Assembly: GCA_963828255.1 (NCBI GenBank)
Contig: CAWHDZ010000003.1
Location: 96,001 to 160,000 of the forward strand
Origin: an uncultured delta proteobacterium
GTDB lineage: Bacteria; Myxococcota; Myxococcia; Myxococcales; Anaeromyxobacteraceae
DNA: 64,000 bases
Direction of reading: 5' to 3'
The notes under the pieces were generated by a model, which was not told the origin of the DNA, made no database searches, and worked only from the letters and a program-made list of their open reading frames with translations. Position 1 is the first letter of the stretch. Every line of letters starts with the position of its first letter. Made by a program: the position numbers and the translations under genes. Positions 1 through 9,896 of this stretch are shown piece after piece.

Positions 1-10
1 TCCCCGACCA
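1..10 (+). tRNA. 3' end of tRNA-Pro (intact gene cut by the window edge, or another att copy)
   Basis: TCCCCGACCA is identical to 29803-29812, the CCA end of the tRNA-Pro half, and is followed by homologous downstream sequence. Confidence 0.6.
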
Positions 11-14
11 TCTA

Positions 15-63
15 ACGCCTCGGAGTTCCTAGCGAAAGCGGGAGTTCCGGGGCGTCTTTATTT
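15..63 (+). terminator. Intrinsic terminator-like hairpin after tRNA 3' end
   Basis: ACGCCTCGGAGTTCC / GGAGTTCCGGGGCGT stem (with G-U pairs) followed by CTTTATTT. Confidence 0.65.
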
Positions 64-80
64 CGCGGACAACAGGCACT

Positions 81-102
81 CCGCACCACTAATGCACCAA
101 AC
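81..102 (+). repeat. Putative integrase arm-type repeat, copy A
   Basis: CCGCACCACTAATGCACCAAAC (GCACCA twice, 11-bp period); identical at 29621-29642, one mismatch at 29872-29893. Confidence 0.75.
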
Positions 103-195
103 TATCGCGGGACCGCGTGCCGTCGCCGCGCCGGGCCCATGCTAGAACCCGCTTAAACATTGGGTTCCGTGATCTGATCCGGCCCGCGCGACCCG

Positions 196-224
196 TGACC
201 ACTTGGGCCGGAGCCAAGGGGTCA
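196..224. repeat. Palindromic recombinase core-like site, copy A
   Basis: TGACCACTTGG-gccggag-CCAAGGGGTCA: 11-bp inverted arms, one mismatch, 7-nt spacer; right arm matches the tRNA-Pro sequence CCAAGGGGTC. Confidence 0.65.
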
Positions 225-491
225 GGGGTCCTCGGAAGCTTAATAACTGCGATAATTTAGCCGCCGTCACCTTCCCCGAGGCAAAGCGATGCACGGATTG
301 CCCCTGTCGCCGTCCGCCACGGTAGCGACACGAACCCAGCGCTGGGAGTCGGCACTCTGTCCCCGATGACGGAGCCACGGGGTGTGAGCATCCGAGCCCA
401 AAAGGGTATGGGTGGTCGAAGGCTGGACAGAGCGGCTCAACAGTCGTGACATCCCGGGTGGGTGGCCAAGTTGGGCCCACCGGGACGGCCG

Positions 492-3146
492 ATGCTCGTC
501 GCGCAACTCGACTACATCTACTTCTTCTTCGGGCTGGTCCTCTTCCTGCTCGGGTCGGTCTGCGTTTCGATGTCGCGGTCGGCACCGGTCCGAACTCCTT
601 GGTGGCTGCTCGGAACCTTCGCCTTCGTCCACGGCGCGGGCGAGTGGCTTCAGTTACTCGCGCTGACCGGCGTCGACTCCGACCCATTCCGTCTTGCCCG
701 GACCCTCGTCATCGGAACGAGCTTCGTCGTCCTGATGGAATTCGCCCGGAGGACGACCGGCGCTCTCGGCGGGACGACGCCGGGATCCTGGGTCTATCTC
801 CCGACGGTCGCACCGGTCATCGGCATCGCGTTGACCGTGGGGCCGGAAAGCCTGGATTCCGCCGTTCGCCTGTTCATTGGGGCGCCAGCCAGTTTCTGGA
901 CGGCGTGGCTATTCTTCGTGGCCGCCTCGCGCACCGAGGACCTCGGAGGAGGAGAGGCGTCGTGGCGCGCGCGCATCGCTGGCGGCATGTTCTTCGTCGC
1001 GTTCGGTGTGGCGGCGGGGCTCGTCGTCCCGCCGGCTCCCTACCTCACGGAACACTGGCCGAACCCGGCCGCCTTCCTGGCGTGGACGGGGATCCCCGTG
1101 CAGCTCGTCCGGGCCCTTCTCGTGGGCGGGATGGCGCTTTCCGTCTGGGCGCTGGCGGTGTCCTTCGATCCGAAGGGGCGTGTCCTTCGGAAGAAGCGGG
1201 TCCTCTTCTGGGCTATGGCATCCGCCATCGTGGCGCTCCTCGCCGCGGGATGGATCTTCACGGACAGGCTGGGGCGCCTCCACGAGCAGGACGTGATCCA
1301 CGACGCCGAGTCGTTCGCGTCCCAGACCTACGACCACCTGGTCATGGAGATGCAGGGGGCGGAGCGGGAGGCGCGAACCCTCGCCGAGCTGCTCGGCAGG
1401 TATCACGTCTCCTCGGCGGGACTCGACGTGTCCCGGCTCGACGGCGTGGTGGACTCGTTCGCGCTCGGCTCTGCCGACCGTGTCGTGTACGTGCTCGATG
1501 CCACGGGCCGGACCATCGCGACGTCCAACCGGGGTGAGGCGGATAGCTTCCTGGGGAAGAGCTTCGCCAGGCGCCCGTACTTCGAGGCATCGCGAGACGG
1601 TCGTCCCGGCCGCTTCACCGGGGTCGGGCTTGTGAGCCACGTACCGGGGTACTACGCGAGCGAGCCGGTGCGGGATGGGGCGGGGCGCGTGGTGGCGGTG
1701 GCGGTCGTGAAGCAGAACCTCGCCATGGGGCAACTCGGGCCCCCGGGAACCGACGAGTCGAGCATCGTCGCGTCCGACGGGCGGGTCGTGGTCGCCAGCC
1801 GGCCCGGCGCGTCGGGGCGGCGTCTCTGGCCCCCTCCGGTGCGAACGTCGAGAGACGCGGCCAGCGGCGAGGGCGAGCCCCCACCCGTCCTCGATCGCGA
1901 GGTCACGGGGACGGAATGGGTGTCCTTGGATGGCCAAAAGCACGTGGCCGTTCGCCGCCCGATCCCGAACTCCGACTGGTCGCTCGTCTCCTTCAAGAGG
2001 GAGCGGACCCAGGTCGCGAATCGTCTCCTCGGAATCGTCATCACGCTCCTTCTCTGCGCCGTCGTGCTCACCTACTTCGTGGCGATGCAGCGCCAGCTGA
2101 GCGCGGAGTCGTACATCACGGGCAAGCGGCGCGAGGCGGAGGGGCGTGCCAGGGAGATGGCGAAGCGTGCCGACACGGACGCGCTGACGGGCGTCCTCAA
2201 CCGTATGGGATTCAACGACGCGATGTCACGGGAGCTCAGCCGGGCGCGGCGATACGGCCAGACCCTGTCCGTCGCCATCGTCGACATCGACCACTTCAAG
2301 AGGGTGAACGACGAGTTTGGCCATCCCGTGGGCGACCAGGTCCTCGCCCGCACGGCGAAGCTACTCTCCTCCTGCGTGAGGGAGTCGGACACCGTGGCGC
2401 GCTGGGGAGGGGAGGAGTTCGCTCTGATCGCGCCGATGACCACCGAGGAGGGAGCGGCCAGCTTGGCGGAGAAGCTCCGCTCCATCATGGCGGCCACCCA
2501 CCTTGGGCCGAGGGAGCCGATCACGGCGAGCTTCGGCGTAGCCGAGATGAGCCCGGACGACACGGTCGAGACCCTTCTGCAGCGCGCCGACGAGGCCCTT
2601 TACCGGGCGAAGCAGGCGGGCCGGAACCGGGTGAGTCGAGCTGCAGCGGTGCAAGGGTCCTCCGCTCAGGCCCCGGCCATCCCCGAGGGCGAGGAGCCCG
2701 TCCGGGAACGGACGTACGCGAACACTGGTTTCGGGCCCATCGATGACGAGCACGAGGCTCTCGATCACGCGCTCGACGCATTCGTCAAGACCGTGAACTC
2801 CGGGAAGGTCGCCGAGGTTCGTGTCGCCTTGGACGAGTTGATCCTCGGAATCGAAAGCCACTTCGCTCACGAAGAGAGGCTGATGTCGAAGCATGCCTAC
2901 CCCAACCAGAAGCAACACGGGGATGGGCACACGTCCTTCGTCGTCGACATGCGAAAGGCTGGAAGGGAACTGGAGAGGGACGAAGTGTCCCCGGATTTCC
3001 GGCGTTGGGCGGTGACCCGGCTTCCGGACTGGTTCCGCTTCCACATCCTGACGCACGACATCGGATTGGGTCAGTTCCTCCTCAGGGTGGGAGCGTCCCA
3101 GAAGGAGCCGGCGGCGAACGTCCTCGAGGACGGAATGTCCCGATAG
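492..3146 (+). CDS. Membrane sensor diguanylate cyclase: multi-TM + Cache + GGDEF + C-terminal hemerythrin
   Basis: DALTGVLNR, DIDHFKRVND, RWGGEEF, ADEALYRAK; hemerythrin motifs IDDEH, HFAHEE, H..H, HILTHD; start ATG 492 (or 462). Confidence 0.88.
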   Translation: MLVAQLDYIYFFFGLVLFLLGSVCVSMSRSAPVRTPWWLLGTFAFVHGAGEWLQLLALTGVDSDPFRLARTLVIGTSFVVLMEFARRTTGALGGTTPGSWVYLPTVAPVIGIALTVGPESLDSAVRLFIGAPASFWTAWLFFVAASRTEDLGGGEASWRARIAGGMFFVAFGVAAGLVVPPAPYLTEHWPNPAAFLAWTGIPVQLVRALLVGGMALSVWALAVSFDPKGRVLRKKRVLFWAMASAIVALLAAGWIFTDRLGRLHEQDVIHDAESFASQTYDHLVMEMQGAEREARTLAELLGRYHVSSAGLDVSRLDGVVDSFALGSADRVVYVLDATGRTIATSNRGEADSFLGKSFARRPYFEASRDGRPGRFTGVGLVSHVPGYYASEPVRDGAGRVVAVAVVKQNLAMGQLGPPGTDESSIVASDGRVVVASRPGASGRRLWPPPVRTSRDAASGEGEPPPVLDREVTGTEWVSLDGQKHVAVRRPIPNSDWSLVSFKRERTQVANRLLGIVITLLLCAVVLTYFVAMQRQLSAESYITGKRREAEGRAREMAKRADTDALTGVLNRMGFNDAMSRELSRARRYGQTLSVAIVDIDHFKRVNDEFGHPVGDQVLARTAKLLSSCVRESDTVARWGGEEFALIAPMTTEEGAASLAEKLRSIMAATHLGPREPITASFGVAEMSPDDTVETLLQRADEALYRAKQAGRNRVSRAAAVQGSSAQAPAIPEGEEPVRERTYANTGFGPIDDEHEALDHALDAFVKTVNSGKVAEVRVALDELILGIESHFAHEERLMSKHAYPNQKQHGDGHTSFVVDMRKAGRELERDEVSPDFRRWAVTRLPDWFRFHILTHDIGLGQFLLRVGASQKEPAANVLEDGMSR

Positions 3147-3173
3147 GAAGCCGCGACCGGGTCCTCGGGCGCG

Positions 3174-4016
3174 TCATTGCGGACGTGACGCGAGGAGGGG
3201 GTCGTCCTTCGCGACGTAAACCACGCCCTCCTCGTCCGACTCCTCGTCGAGCCCGGCGAGCGCGGCGAACTCCTCGCGTCGCTCCTCGTCCAGGCCGAAG
3301 AGCTCGACTCCCACGCCCGCCCGCTCAGGGGGATGCGCAACACGGCGTCTAACGACCGTATCCACCGCGAAGGTCTGACCCGTGAGCGGGTGCGTGACGA
3401 GCAGCCGGAGTTCCGACCCGATCGGAACGTCGAGTGCGGTACGCAGGAACATGCCGCCACGCGACACGTCTTCCGTCACCACCGCCTGTAGGTCCTTGAC
3501 GGACTGAGCTCTAACCGATAGCGCCCTGTGAACGCGTGGGAACTGCCGGTTCACGGCGTCGAGGGCGGTCGCGACGGGCGTCACCGGCGCTTCGAGGCTT
3601 TCCGGGTAGGTCTTCGCCACCCACCGGACGAAGCGTTCCCACCGCTGTCGAGCCTCGCCGTTCACGGCGTAGAGCTGGAGTCCGACGCCCGGCGCGCGAC
3701 CCAGGGCGCCCGCCGGAACCACGAACACGGCCATCGCGTGCACGGTGAGCGCTTCGTCCTCGGGCGGGAGCTTCAGCTTCACCTGGAGCAACTGGCGGAG
3801 CGTGGGAGGGTCGTCGGTGCGGAGGAAGAGACCCCTGTAACCGACGTCGCCCGTGAGCAGCGTCGCTTCTCGCGTTCCGCGCACGAGGACCGCGGGCATC
3901 TGGTAGCGGTACCGCCTGTCCCGCCGCTTCTCGACCCCGCTCAAGGTAGGCCTCCGGCGAGCAGGGTAGCCGATCAGAGCGACTCCGTTCGGCGCGTCTT
4001 GCGGGAGTCGCTCCAC
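3174..4016 (-). CDS. Tandem PilZ-domain protein (myxobacterial type)
   Basis: RRDRR...DVGYRGLFL and RQFPR...DVSRGGMFL PilZ motifs; start uncertain. Confidence 0.8.
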   Translation of the reverse strand: MERLPQDAPNGVALIGYPARRRPTLSGVEKRRDRRYRYQMPAVLVRGTREATLLTGDVGYRGLFLRTDDPPTLRQLLQVKLKLPPEDEALTVHAMAVFVVPAGALGRAPGVGLQLYAVNGEARQRWERFVRWVAKTYPESLEAPVTPVATALDAVNRQFPRVHRALSVRAQSVKDLQAVVTEDVSRGGMFLRTALDVPIGSELRLLVTHPLTGQTFAVDTVVRRRVAHPPERAGVGVELFGLDEERREEFAALAGLDEESDEEGVVYVAKDDPLLASRPQ

Positions 4017-4036
4017 GTCCTCCCCGCGTCTGCGCC

Positions 4037-4458
4037 ATGGGATGGCTCCCCGGCACCGTGGCAGAGCGAGCCCAGGTTCGTGTCGAGGCGGCTGAAGTCC
4101 CGGACGCGATGGCCTCGGAAGTTCAGATCGAGCAGGTGCTGGTGAACCTCGTCGTCAACGCCGCCCTCGCGATTCCCGACGGAAGACGGGGCGAGATCGT
4201 GATCCGCGTCAATCCAGGTGCGCTCGGGATGGTAAGACTGGAAGTTTCAGACAACGGGAAGGGGATGCCCCCCAACCTCATGGAGCGGATCTTCGAGCCG
4301 TTCTTCACCACCCGCTCGCAGGGGAAGGGAACTGGCCTCGGGCTATCCTTTGGCACGCCATCGTGGCGGCCCACGGGGGGACGCTCACCGTCGAGAGCGA
4401 AGTAGGAATGGGGTCGACGTTCCGCGTAGAATTGCCTGTCGCGCCGACCACGACGTGA
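4037..4458 (+). pseudogene. Histidine kinase HATPase C-terminal fragment, frameshifted
   Basis: [32 protein letters not shown]; frameshift near 4350 continues [28 protein letters not shown]; no HisKA domain. Confidence 0.85.
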
Positions 4459-4792
4459 CCGAGAGCTAAGGAGGAAGCGGCCCTCCCCTCCCGCAGTGAC
4501 CAACGCAAACCAACATCGAGAGGATACACTCGTAGGAGTCGGGGCACGCCGCGCTGTCCACAGCACATCCTGCGACCCGGGGTCTGGTACATCCGGGCCG
4601 GAGGGGAGTAAGAATGCGGCGATTTGCCCCCAATTGATCATCTGATTCTGAGGACAGCTTCACGGTGACCTAATCAAAACTGCCGGTGCGATGCGACCTA
4701 CCCTTGGCGTCCTGAAGGCGAATGGGCTCCGCTCCAAAGTCCTGGACCTTGTCGAGCAGGCCGTCATGGGCCTGCCCACCAGGAGAACCCAC

Positions 4793-6166
4793 ATGATGAG
4801 ACTATGCCCGGTCGCCTTCTCGACGTTGCTCGCTACTCTCATCCTGCTCGCACTGCCTGGCGAGGCCATGGCCCAGGCAAGCGGCGTGCTTTTTCCGCCG
4901 AGCATCGCCATCACGAATTACGACCGGGTACTCGTCGGCCAGGAGGAGGCGCTGGAGGCAGGTGCCTTCGTGGCGCGGGTGGGTGACACCACCTCGGGCT
5001 GGTACAACCCGGCGGGCATGGCCAGCGTGACCCGGAGCGCGATCGGTGCTAGCGCCAGCGGCTTCGAGACCGACGTCCTAGGCTTGCAAGGCGTGGGCAA
5101 ACAGCGCGGAGGCGGGATGACCATCTACCAGCTTCCCTCCTTCTTCGGTGCGGTGCTGGGCCGGGACGTAATTGACTCGGAGTACTGGCGGATCGGTCTT
5201 ACCATCACGAAGCCGACCTCCTGGAACCAGGAAATCGTCGGCGGGCTCGCTGGGACCAGGACCGTCCTCTATTCCTCCCACGTCAACCTCTCGACCCTCG
5301 TCCCGACCTTCTCGGCGAGCTACTCGCCCTTCCCGGCGTTGCGTTTCGGCGCCGGGATCGGCGTGGCAATCACCTCGCTCTCGGAGGTCCAGTCCTTCAC
5401 GGAGCAGGTGGCACAGCCCGCCTCCGCAATTGGGTTCCTCCGGACGCTTGACGGAAGCGGGTCGATCTGGAATCTGACCGGAACGCTCGGCGTGCAGTGG
5501 GACGTGATGGATCACGTCGTCCTGGGAGCCATGGTCCGCCTCCCGGGCCTGAAGATCGTCCAGAGCGGGAGACTCTCCTACTCCAATTTCGACGCTCGGA
5601 GCACGCCCTGGAACCAGACCACGTTCAACGACCAGGACGCCACCTTCGACTACCGCCTGCCGTTCGACGGGAACGTCGGCCTGGCGTGGCGCTCCAGGAA
5701 CTTCGAGATCGAGGCCGACCTGCGGTTCCACAGCGCAATCTCCCCGTATACCCTGCTCGCTAGCAACCAGCCAATCTCGGTTACCTCGACCGACCTCGCG
5801 GGGAACCCGGTGTTCTCGACTCAGACTTTCCCCGGCGTGACCAACGGTGCCCGCGCCGTCTGGAACGTAGCGGTCGGGGGGCGCTACAACCTGAACGAGA
5901 CGTGGAGCTTCCATGGGGGCTTCTTCACCGACGGCTCCCCCACCGATCAAGCCGGGGAGAATCTCTTCCGGAGCGTCGACATGTACGGGGTCACCTTGGG
6001 CGCGAAGATCCGCAGCGATCACCTGTCGGGCTCGCTCGGTTTCGGCTACGCCTGGGGCAGTTCGCCGGAGTTCTCCTTCAACGACACCGCGAGCGGCACG
6101 CCGATCACGACCCGGCTCACCATCACGAGCCTGAGCCTCCTGTACGCCGTCGCGTACAAGTTCTGA
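4793..6166 (+). CDS. Outer-membrane beta-barrel, FadL/OmpP1-like
   Basis: Signal peptide, GAFVARVGD..SGWYNPAG, C-terminal AYKF; RBS AGGAGA at 4781. Confidence 0.7.
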   Translation: MMRLCPVAFSTLLATLILLALPGEAMAQASGVLFPPSIAITNYDRVLVGQEEALEAGAFVARVGDTTSGWYNPAGMASVTRSAIGASASGFETDVLGLQGVGKQRGGGMTIYQLPSFFGAVLGRDVIDSEYWRIGLTITKPTSWNQEIVGGLAGTRTVLYSSHVNLSTLVPTFSASYSPFPALRFGAGIGVAITSLSEVQSFTEQVAQPASAIGFLRTLDGSGSIWNLTGTLGVQWDVMDHVVLGAMVRLPGLKIVQSGRLSYSNFDARSTPWNQTTFNDQDATFDYRLPFDGNVGLAWRSRNFEIEADLRFHSAISPYTLLASNQPISVTSTDLAGNPVFSTQTFPGVTNGARAVWNVAVGGRYNLNETWSFHGGFFTDGSPTDQAGENLFRSVDMYGVTLGAKIRSDHLSGSLGFGYAWGSSPEFSFNDTASGTPITTRLTITSLSLLYAVAYKF

Positions 6167-6273
6167 GCGGCGCGATGCAGCGGGCCAAACGATGGGGAGG
6201 TTACGCTCACACGCCCGCAAGGCACGAATCGGCGCGGGGCGTCGGTCGGGCGGACGCCGAATGAACTGGCTTC

Positions 6274-6528
6274 TAGGAGTCGACCATCGACTACGTGCCA
6301 GATCGGGCCCCAGTCGGAGGACACGGTTGGCCGGTTCCGCGTGGGTGGCGACATTTACATCGGCACGAACTCGGATCTAGGCGGCGCATTCCGCATCGGC
6401 GGTGGCGCCTCGTTCCTGAATTCCAACCCGTTTGTCATTGGCCTCGACATAGTCCTCGAGGATGGCGGCTACAGCGCTACTGGATTAGCGGACTCCAACT
6501 CGTCGCCTCCCCCGAGCTCCACTCCTAG
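6274..6528 (+). pseudogene. Degraded paralog of the 3' part of the 18681-19328 outer-membrane protein gene
   Basis: Aligns to 19071-19328 (DTVGRFRVG, FRIGGGASFLN, SPE.H.*) with TGG->TAG and indels. Confidence 0.85.
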
Positions 6529-6816
6529 TCGTACCGCCCTCACTCAGATCGGAGATTCACATGAGAAAGTTGCTCGGGGCCTTCCCAAGCTCATCGAGTT
6601 TCAAGCCAACGTCGATCCCGATCGTCTCCTCGCCCTGGGCAAGCAGGCCGGGCTCGTCAAGAGTGCCGGCACTGCGAGCGAGGCCGGAGCGTGGGCTTGC
6701 TTGGTCTATGTGAATTGGAAGTGAGGCCCGGTGTGTGCGGTCACTGCAGCAGAGGCGAACGCTTCCCCCTCCGTCAGGTTCGGCGCAGGTACAGGAGTCG
6801 AGCCGAAGGAGCCACC

Positions 6817-8778
6817 ATGAAATCTCGACTTGCCTGCCGTGAATTGGCGACAGCCGCCCTAGTCTTCGCTGCGGCGACGCTGGTCCCGGCATCAGCCGCG
6901 GCCTGGATCTGGCCGGAGCACCGGGACATCGCGGCCACCGCCGTGAACGACCTCCCCGCCGCCCAGCGCAAGACCCTGGACGCGATGTGGGCCGAGGCGC
7001 GGACGCTGGGGGGGAAGCAGGTCTGCGCGAAGATGGTCGACCCCGGAGCGCAGCCGGACGACGTGAAGCTCGGCGAATGGGAGAAGGTTTGCGTCGACTT
7101 CGCGTCGTTCCCGGCCCTGGCAGCGGACCACTCCTGCTCGGGCGACGAGCTCTGGGCTGCCGTCTCGAAGGAGCCCTGGTCGGTGAAGGTGGTCTGGGTC
7201 GCGGCGAAGACCAAGGAGCGGCTCGCGAACTCCACTAGCCCAGCCCAGCACGAGGACGTCTGGAGCCTCTCCCACCTCGCCATGCAGTACGTCGACCCGC
7301 GCTACCTGACCCGCGCCGAGGGCAACAGCGCCCACTTCCTCGTCCCCCGCGCGTCCGTGCAATCGAAGGAGGACCTGGACGGGTACCTGGACCGGGTGCT
7401 CCTGCCGGCCACCGAGATCAACGCCACCGGGCTCTACGCCGAGTACCACATGCTGGCGCTCCGTCTCGCCGCCCTCTACCACGCCGCGCCGCCGGCCGAG
7501 AAGCCAGAGCTGGCCCGCCGCGCGCTCGTGGCGGAGGGCGTCGCGCTGCACTTCCTCGAGGACTCCTTCTCCGCGGGTCACTACGCCGCGATCTGGGGCG
7601 GCGCGGCCTGGGCCAAGGGCACCCACGACTACTACTCCACCGTGGGTCTCACCACGATGACCTGGAAGGGCGACCTCTTCGCGAGCCACGGCGACGCCAA
7701 CATGACCGAGCAGGACATGAATGTCGCCGCAGTGACCGTCAAGCAGAGCCTGGCCCAGATCGCCAGCGCCGCCGAGGGTCGGATGCCGCTCCCGGAGCGG
7801 GCCCTCTCCCCGTCCGAGAAGGCGATCGAGTCGCTCGACTTCTGCAAGGCGGAGCACCTCCCGCCGCCGCCCGACGAGGCGATGGCCCGCAGCGCGACGG
7901 CCATGGTCCTCCAGAACACCCCGGTCCCGGCCGGCGGCAAGGACGAGATCCATCCGCCCAGGGCCCGCGCCGACATGGGCCTGTTCGTCGGCGCCATCTC
8001 CGGCTACAGCCTGGGCGTGGCCCTCGGCGGCTACGACAGCTGGGCCAACAGCCGCTTGCGGTCGGAGTTCGAGATCGGCGCCCGCGTTGGCTTCGGGCTG
8101 GAGGGGCTCCTCACGAGGAGCATGGACGGGCAGATCTGGCTCCAGGGCGAGCTGGTCTCCGACCCGGCCCAGCTCGACCTCGGGTGCACGACCTGCACGC
8201 CCTACCCGGTGGTCGCCTCGGGCAAGCGGTCCGACGTGGCGGTCCCCCGGGTGGGTGGACGTTCCGCGCTGAAGCTTTCCATCCGGATGCCCTTCTACGT
8301 GGTGCCGTTCGACCTCCTCGTCCTCGGCCCCGTGCTCTACCTGGCCTCTCCCCACGATCTCACCAGCGTGGTCTTCGCCTCGGCGGCGGGAGGGCTCCTG
8401 CCTGTGCAGCGCAAGTTCGAGACCGACATCGGGACCTTTCAGTTCATGCTCGGCCGGGAGGTCGGGTTCACGCTCTGGGGCTTCACTGGCCAGACGAACC
8501 AGTTCATCTTCACGCCCACCGCCAGCGCCGCCGACGCGAAGATCATCAACTACAAGTCGCTCGAGCTCGACTTCCCGGTGATGGAGTACGTCACGCCCAG
8601 GGTCTTCGCGACGACGCTCTCCCTCGCCGCCCTCTTCCAGCTGGGCTTCAACGTCGAGTTCCCGATGGGGGCCGCGTACAACGTCGACGGAGCCCCGTTC
8701 AGCCTGGGGCCGAGCTGGAACGTCTACCTCCGCTTCCGCCTCGACGCCCGAAAGTACTTCGGTGGCACGCCGGACTAG
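6817..8778 (+). CDS. Secreted protein; N-terminal Zn-dependent phospholipase C/P1-nuclease-like domain, C-terminal beta-rich domain
   Basis: Signal peptide ending AAA-W, WIWPEH, HFLEDSFSAGH, THDYY; RBS GAAGGAG. Confidence 0.6.
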   Translation: MKSRLACRELATAALVFAAATLVPASAAAWIWPEHRDIAATAVNDLPAAQRKTLDAMWAEARTLGGKQVCAKMVDPGAQPDDVKLGEWEKVCVDFASFPALAADHSCSGDELWAAVSKEPWSVKVVWVAAKTKERLANSTSPAQHEDVWSLSHLAMQYVDPRYLTRAEGNSAHFLVPRASVQSKEDLDGYLDRVLLPATEINATGLYAEYHMLALRLAALYHAAPPAEKPELARRALVAEGVALHFLEDSFSAGHYAAIWGGAAWAKGTHDYYSTVGLTTMTWKGDLFASHGDANMTEQDMNVAAVTVKQSLAQIASAAEGRMPLPERALSPSEKAIESLDFCKAEHLPPPPDEAMARSATAMVLQNTPVPAGGKDEIHPPRARADMGLFVGAISGYSLGVALGGYDSWANSRLRSEFEIGARVGFGLEGLLTRSMDGQIWLQGELVSDPAQLDLGCTTCTPYPVVASGKRSDVAVPRVGGRSALKLSIRMPFYVVPFDLLVLGPVLYLASPHDLTSVVFASAAGGLLPVQRKFETDIGTFQFMLGREVGFTLWGFTGQTNQFIFTPTASAADAKIINYKSLELDFPVMEYVTPRVFATTLSLAALFQLGFNVEFPMGAAYNVDGAPFSLGPSWNVYLRFRLDARKYFGGTPD

Positions 8779-9101
8779 CGGGCGCGAGCCTCGCCCCGTC
8801 GCCACACCAAGCCCAGGGAGGAAACATAGTCCGCATCCCGTCGAAAGTTGCACCGTGGCTCGTGGGTGCCAGACCCAGGTCGCAGGAGGCGCAATGGCTT
8901 TACGCGGCGAGATCCCCAGTCGTCGGGGGGCAGCCTGAGCCTCGGCGCCGAGCGAGGTCGCTACCGGCCCCTTAGATCTGCGAGTAGTCCTCGACGGGCG
9001 AGATTTCCCTGGAGGTCCCGATCGCCTTTCCGGCGGGAGGGGATCCCCAGCCGCCGATGCTTCTGGCGCGTGTCCCAAATGGACCTTGGGCCGGAAGCGG
9101 C

Positions 9102-9253
9102 CTACGCCGCCTGCCGCCGGGCGTAGCGGTGATTCAGGCGGCCGACCCGGGGAAGGGTGACGACGTTGGCTCTTTAGCCGGGCCTTTGCTCGACCGGGCG
9201 ATTGCACGGCGAGTCCTTGCCTCCCCGATGTGTGTCCTGTCCCCGTTGTAGTG
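9102..9253 (-). pseudogene. C-terminal remnant of an integrase-core (rve-type) IS transposase
   Basis: HYNGDRTHIG / KDSPCNRPVEQRPG*RANVVTLPRVGRLNHRYARRQAA*, with a frameshift and an internal stop. Confidence 0.7.
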
Positions 9254-9505
9254 TGGTGACGAACGACTCGCTCAGCGACGCACGACCTTGTCCGGCTCCA
9301 CGATGGCGAGGGCCAGGTTCTCATGCACGAGGTAAGGAGAATTGAAGCCCTGGGAGATATCGTCGTTAGTTCCTGTCCCGATAACTTGTGGCGAGCGACA
9401 GGGCCGAAGTAGGTGGCTCCTAGCAGCCGGGGCAACCCTAGATCCAACTGGCGCGGGCCCATGGCGGCGCACTAGAATTCGAGCCCCAAAGGGGGAGGAA
9501 CGCAC

Positions 9506-9883
9506 ATGTCCAATTTCTGGGATCTGGTCTGGCTAATCGTCTCGTCGTTCATCTTCATCTCGTACCTCATCATCCTCTTCCAGATCGTCGTCGATCTCTT
9601 CCGCGATCCGGATCTCGGTGGGGGATCGAGGGCCATCTGGATCATCGGGCTCATCTTCCTGCCCGTCTTCACGGCCATCCTCTACGTGCTGAGCCGCGGG
9701 AGGAGCATGTCGGAGCGGCAGCGCGCCAGCGTGCAGAAGGCCCGGTCCGAGACCGATAACTACATCCGGGAGGTGGCCGGAAAGTCGCCTGCGGACCAGA
9801 TCGCCACGGCCAAGTCGCTGCTCGACGCCGGGTCCATCACCCAGGAGGAGTATGCGAAGCTGAAGGCCAAGGCGCTCGCCTAG
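9506..9883 (+). CDS. PLDc_N + SHOCT domain membrane protein
   Basis: DLFRDPDLGG..AIW..LIFLP; C-terminal AKSLLDAGSITQEEYAKLKAKAL; strong RBS. Confidence 0.85.
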   Translation: MSNFWDLVWLIVSSFIFISYLIILFQIVVDLFRDPDLGGGSRAIWIIGLIFLPVFTAILYVLSRGRSMSERQRASVQKARSETDNYIREVAGKSPADQIATAKSLLDAGSITQEEYAKLKAKALA

Positions 9884-9896
9884 AGAGGATTCCTGG

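Noticed and set aside
9082..9097. GACCTTGGGCCGGA resembling the left half of core site A
   Set aside because: No right arm, and a similar string occurs inside a CDS near 2501; likely chance.
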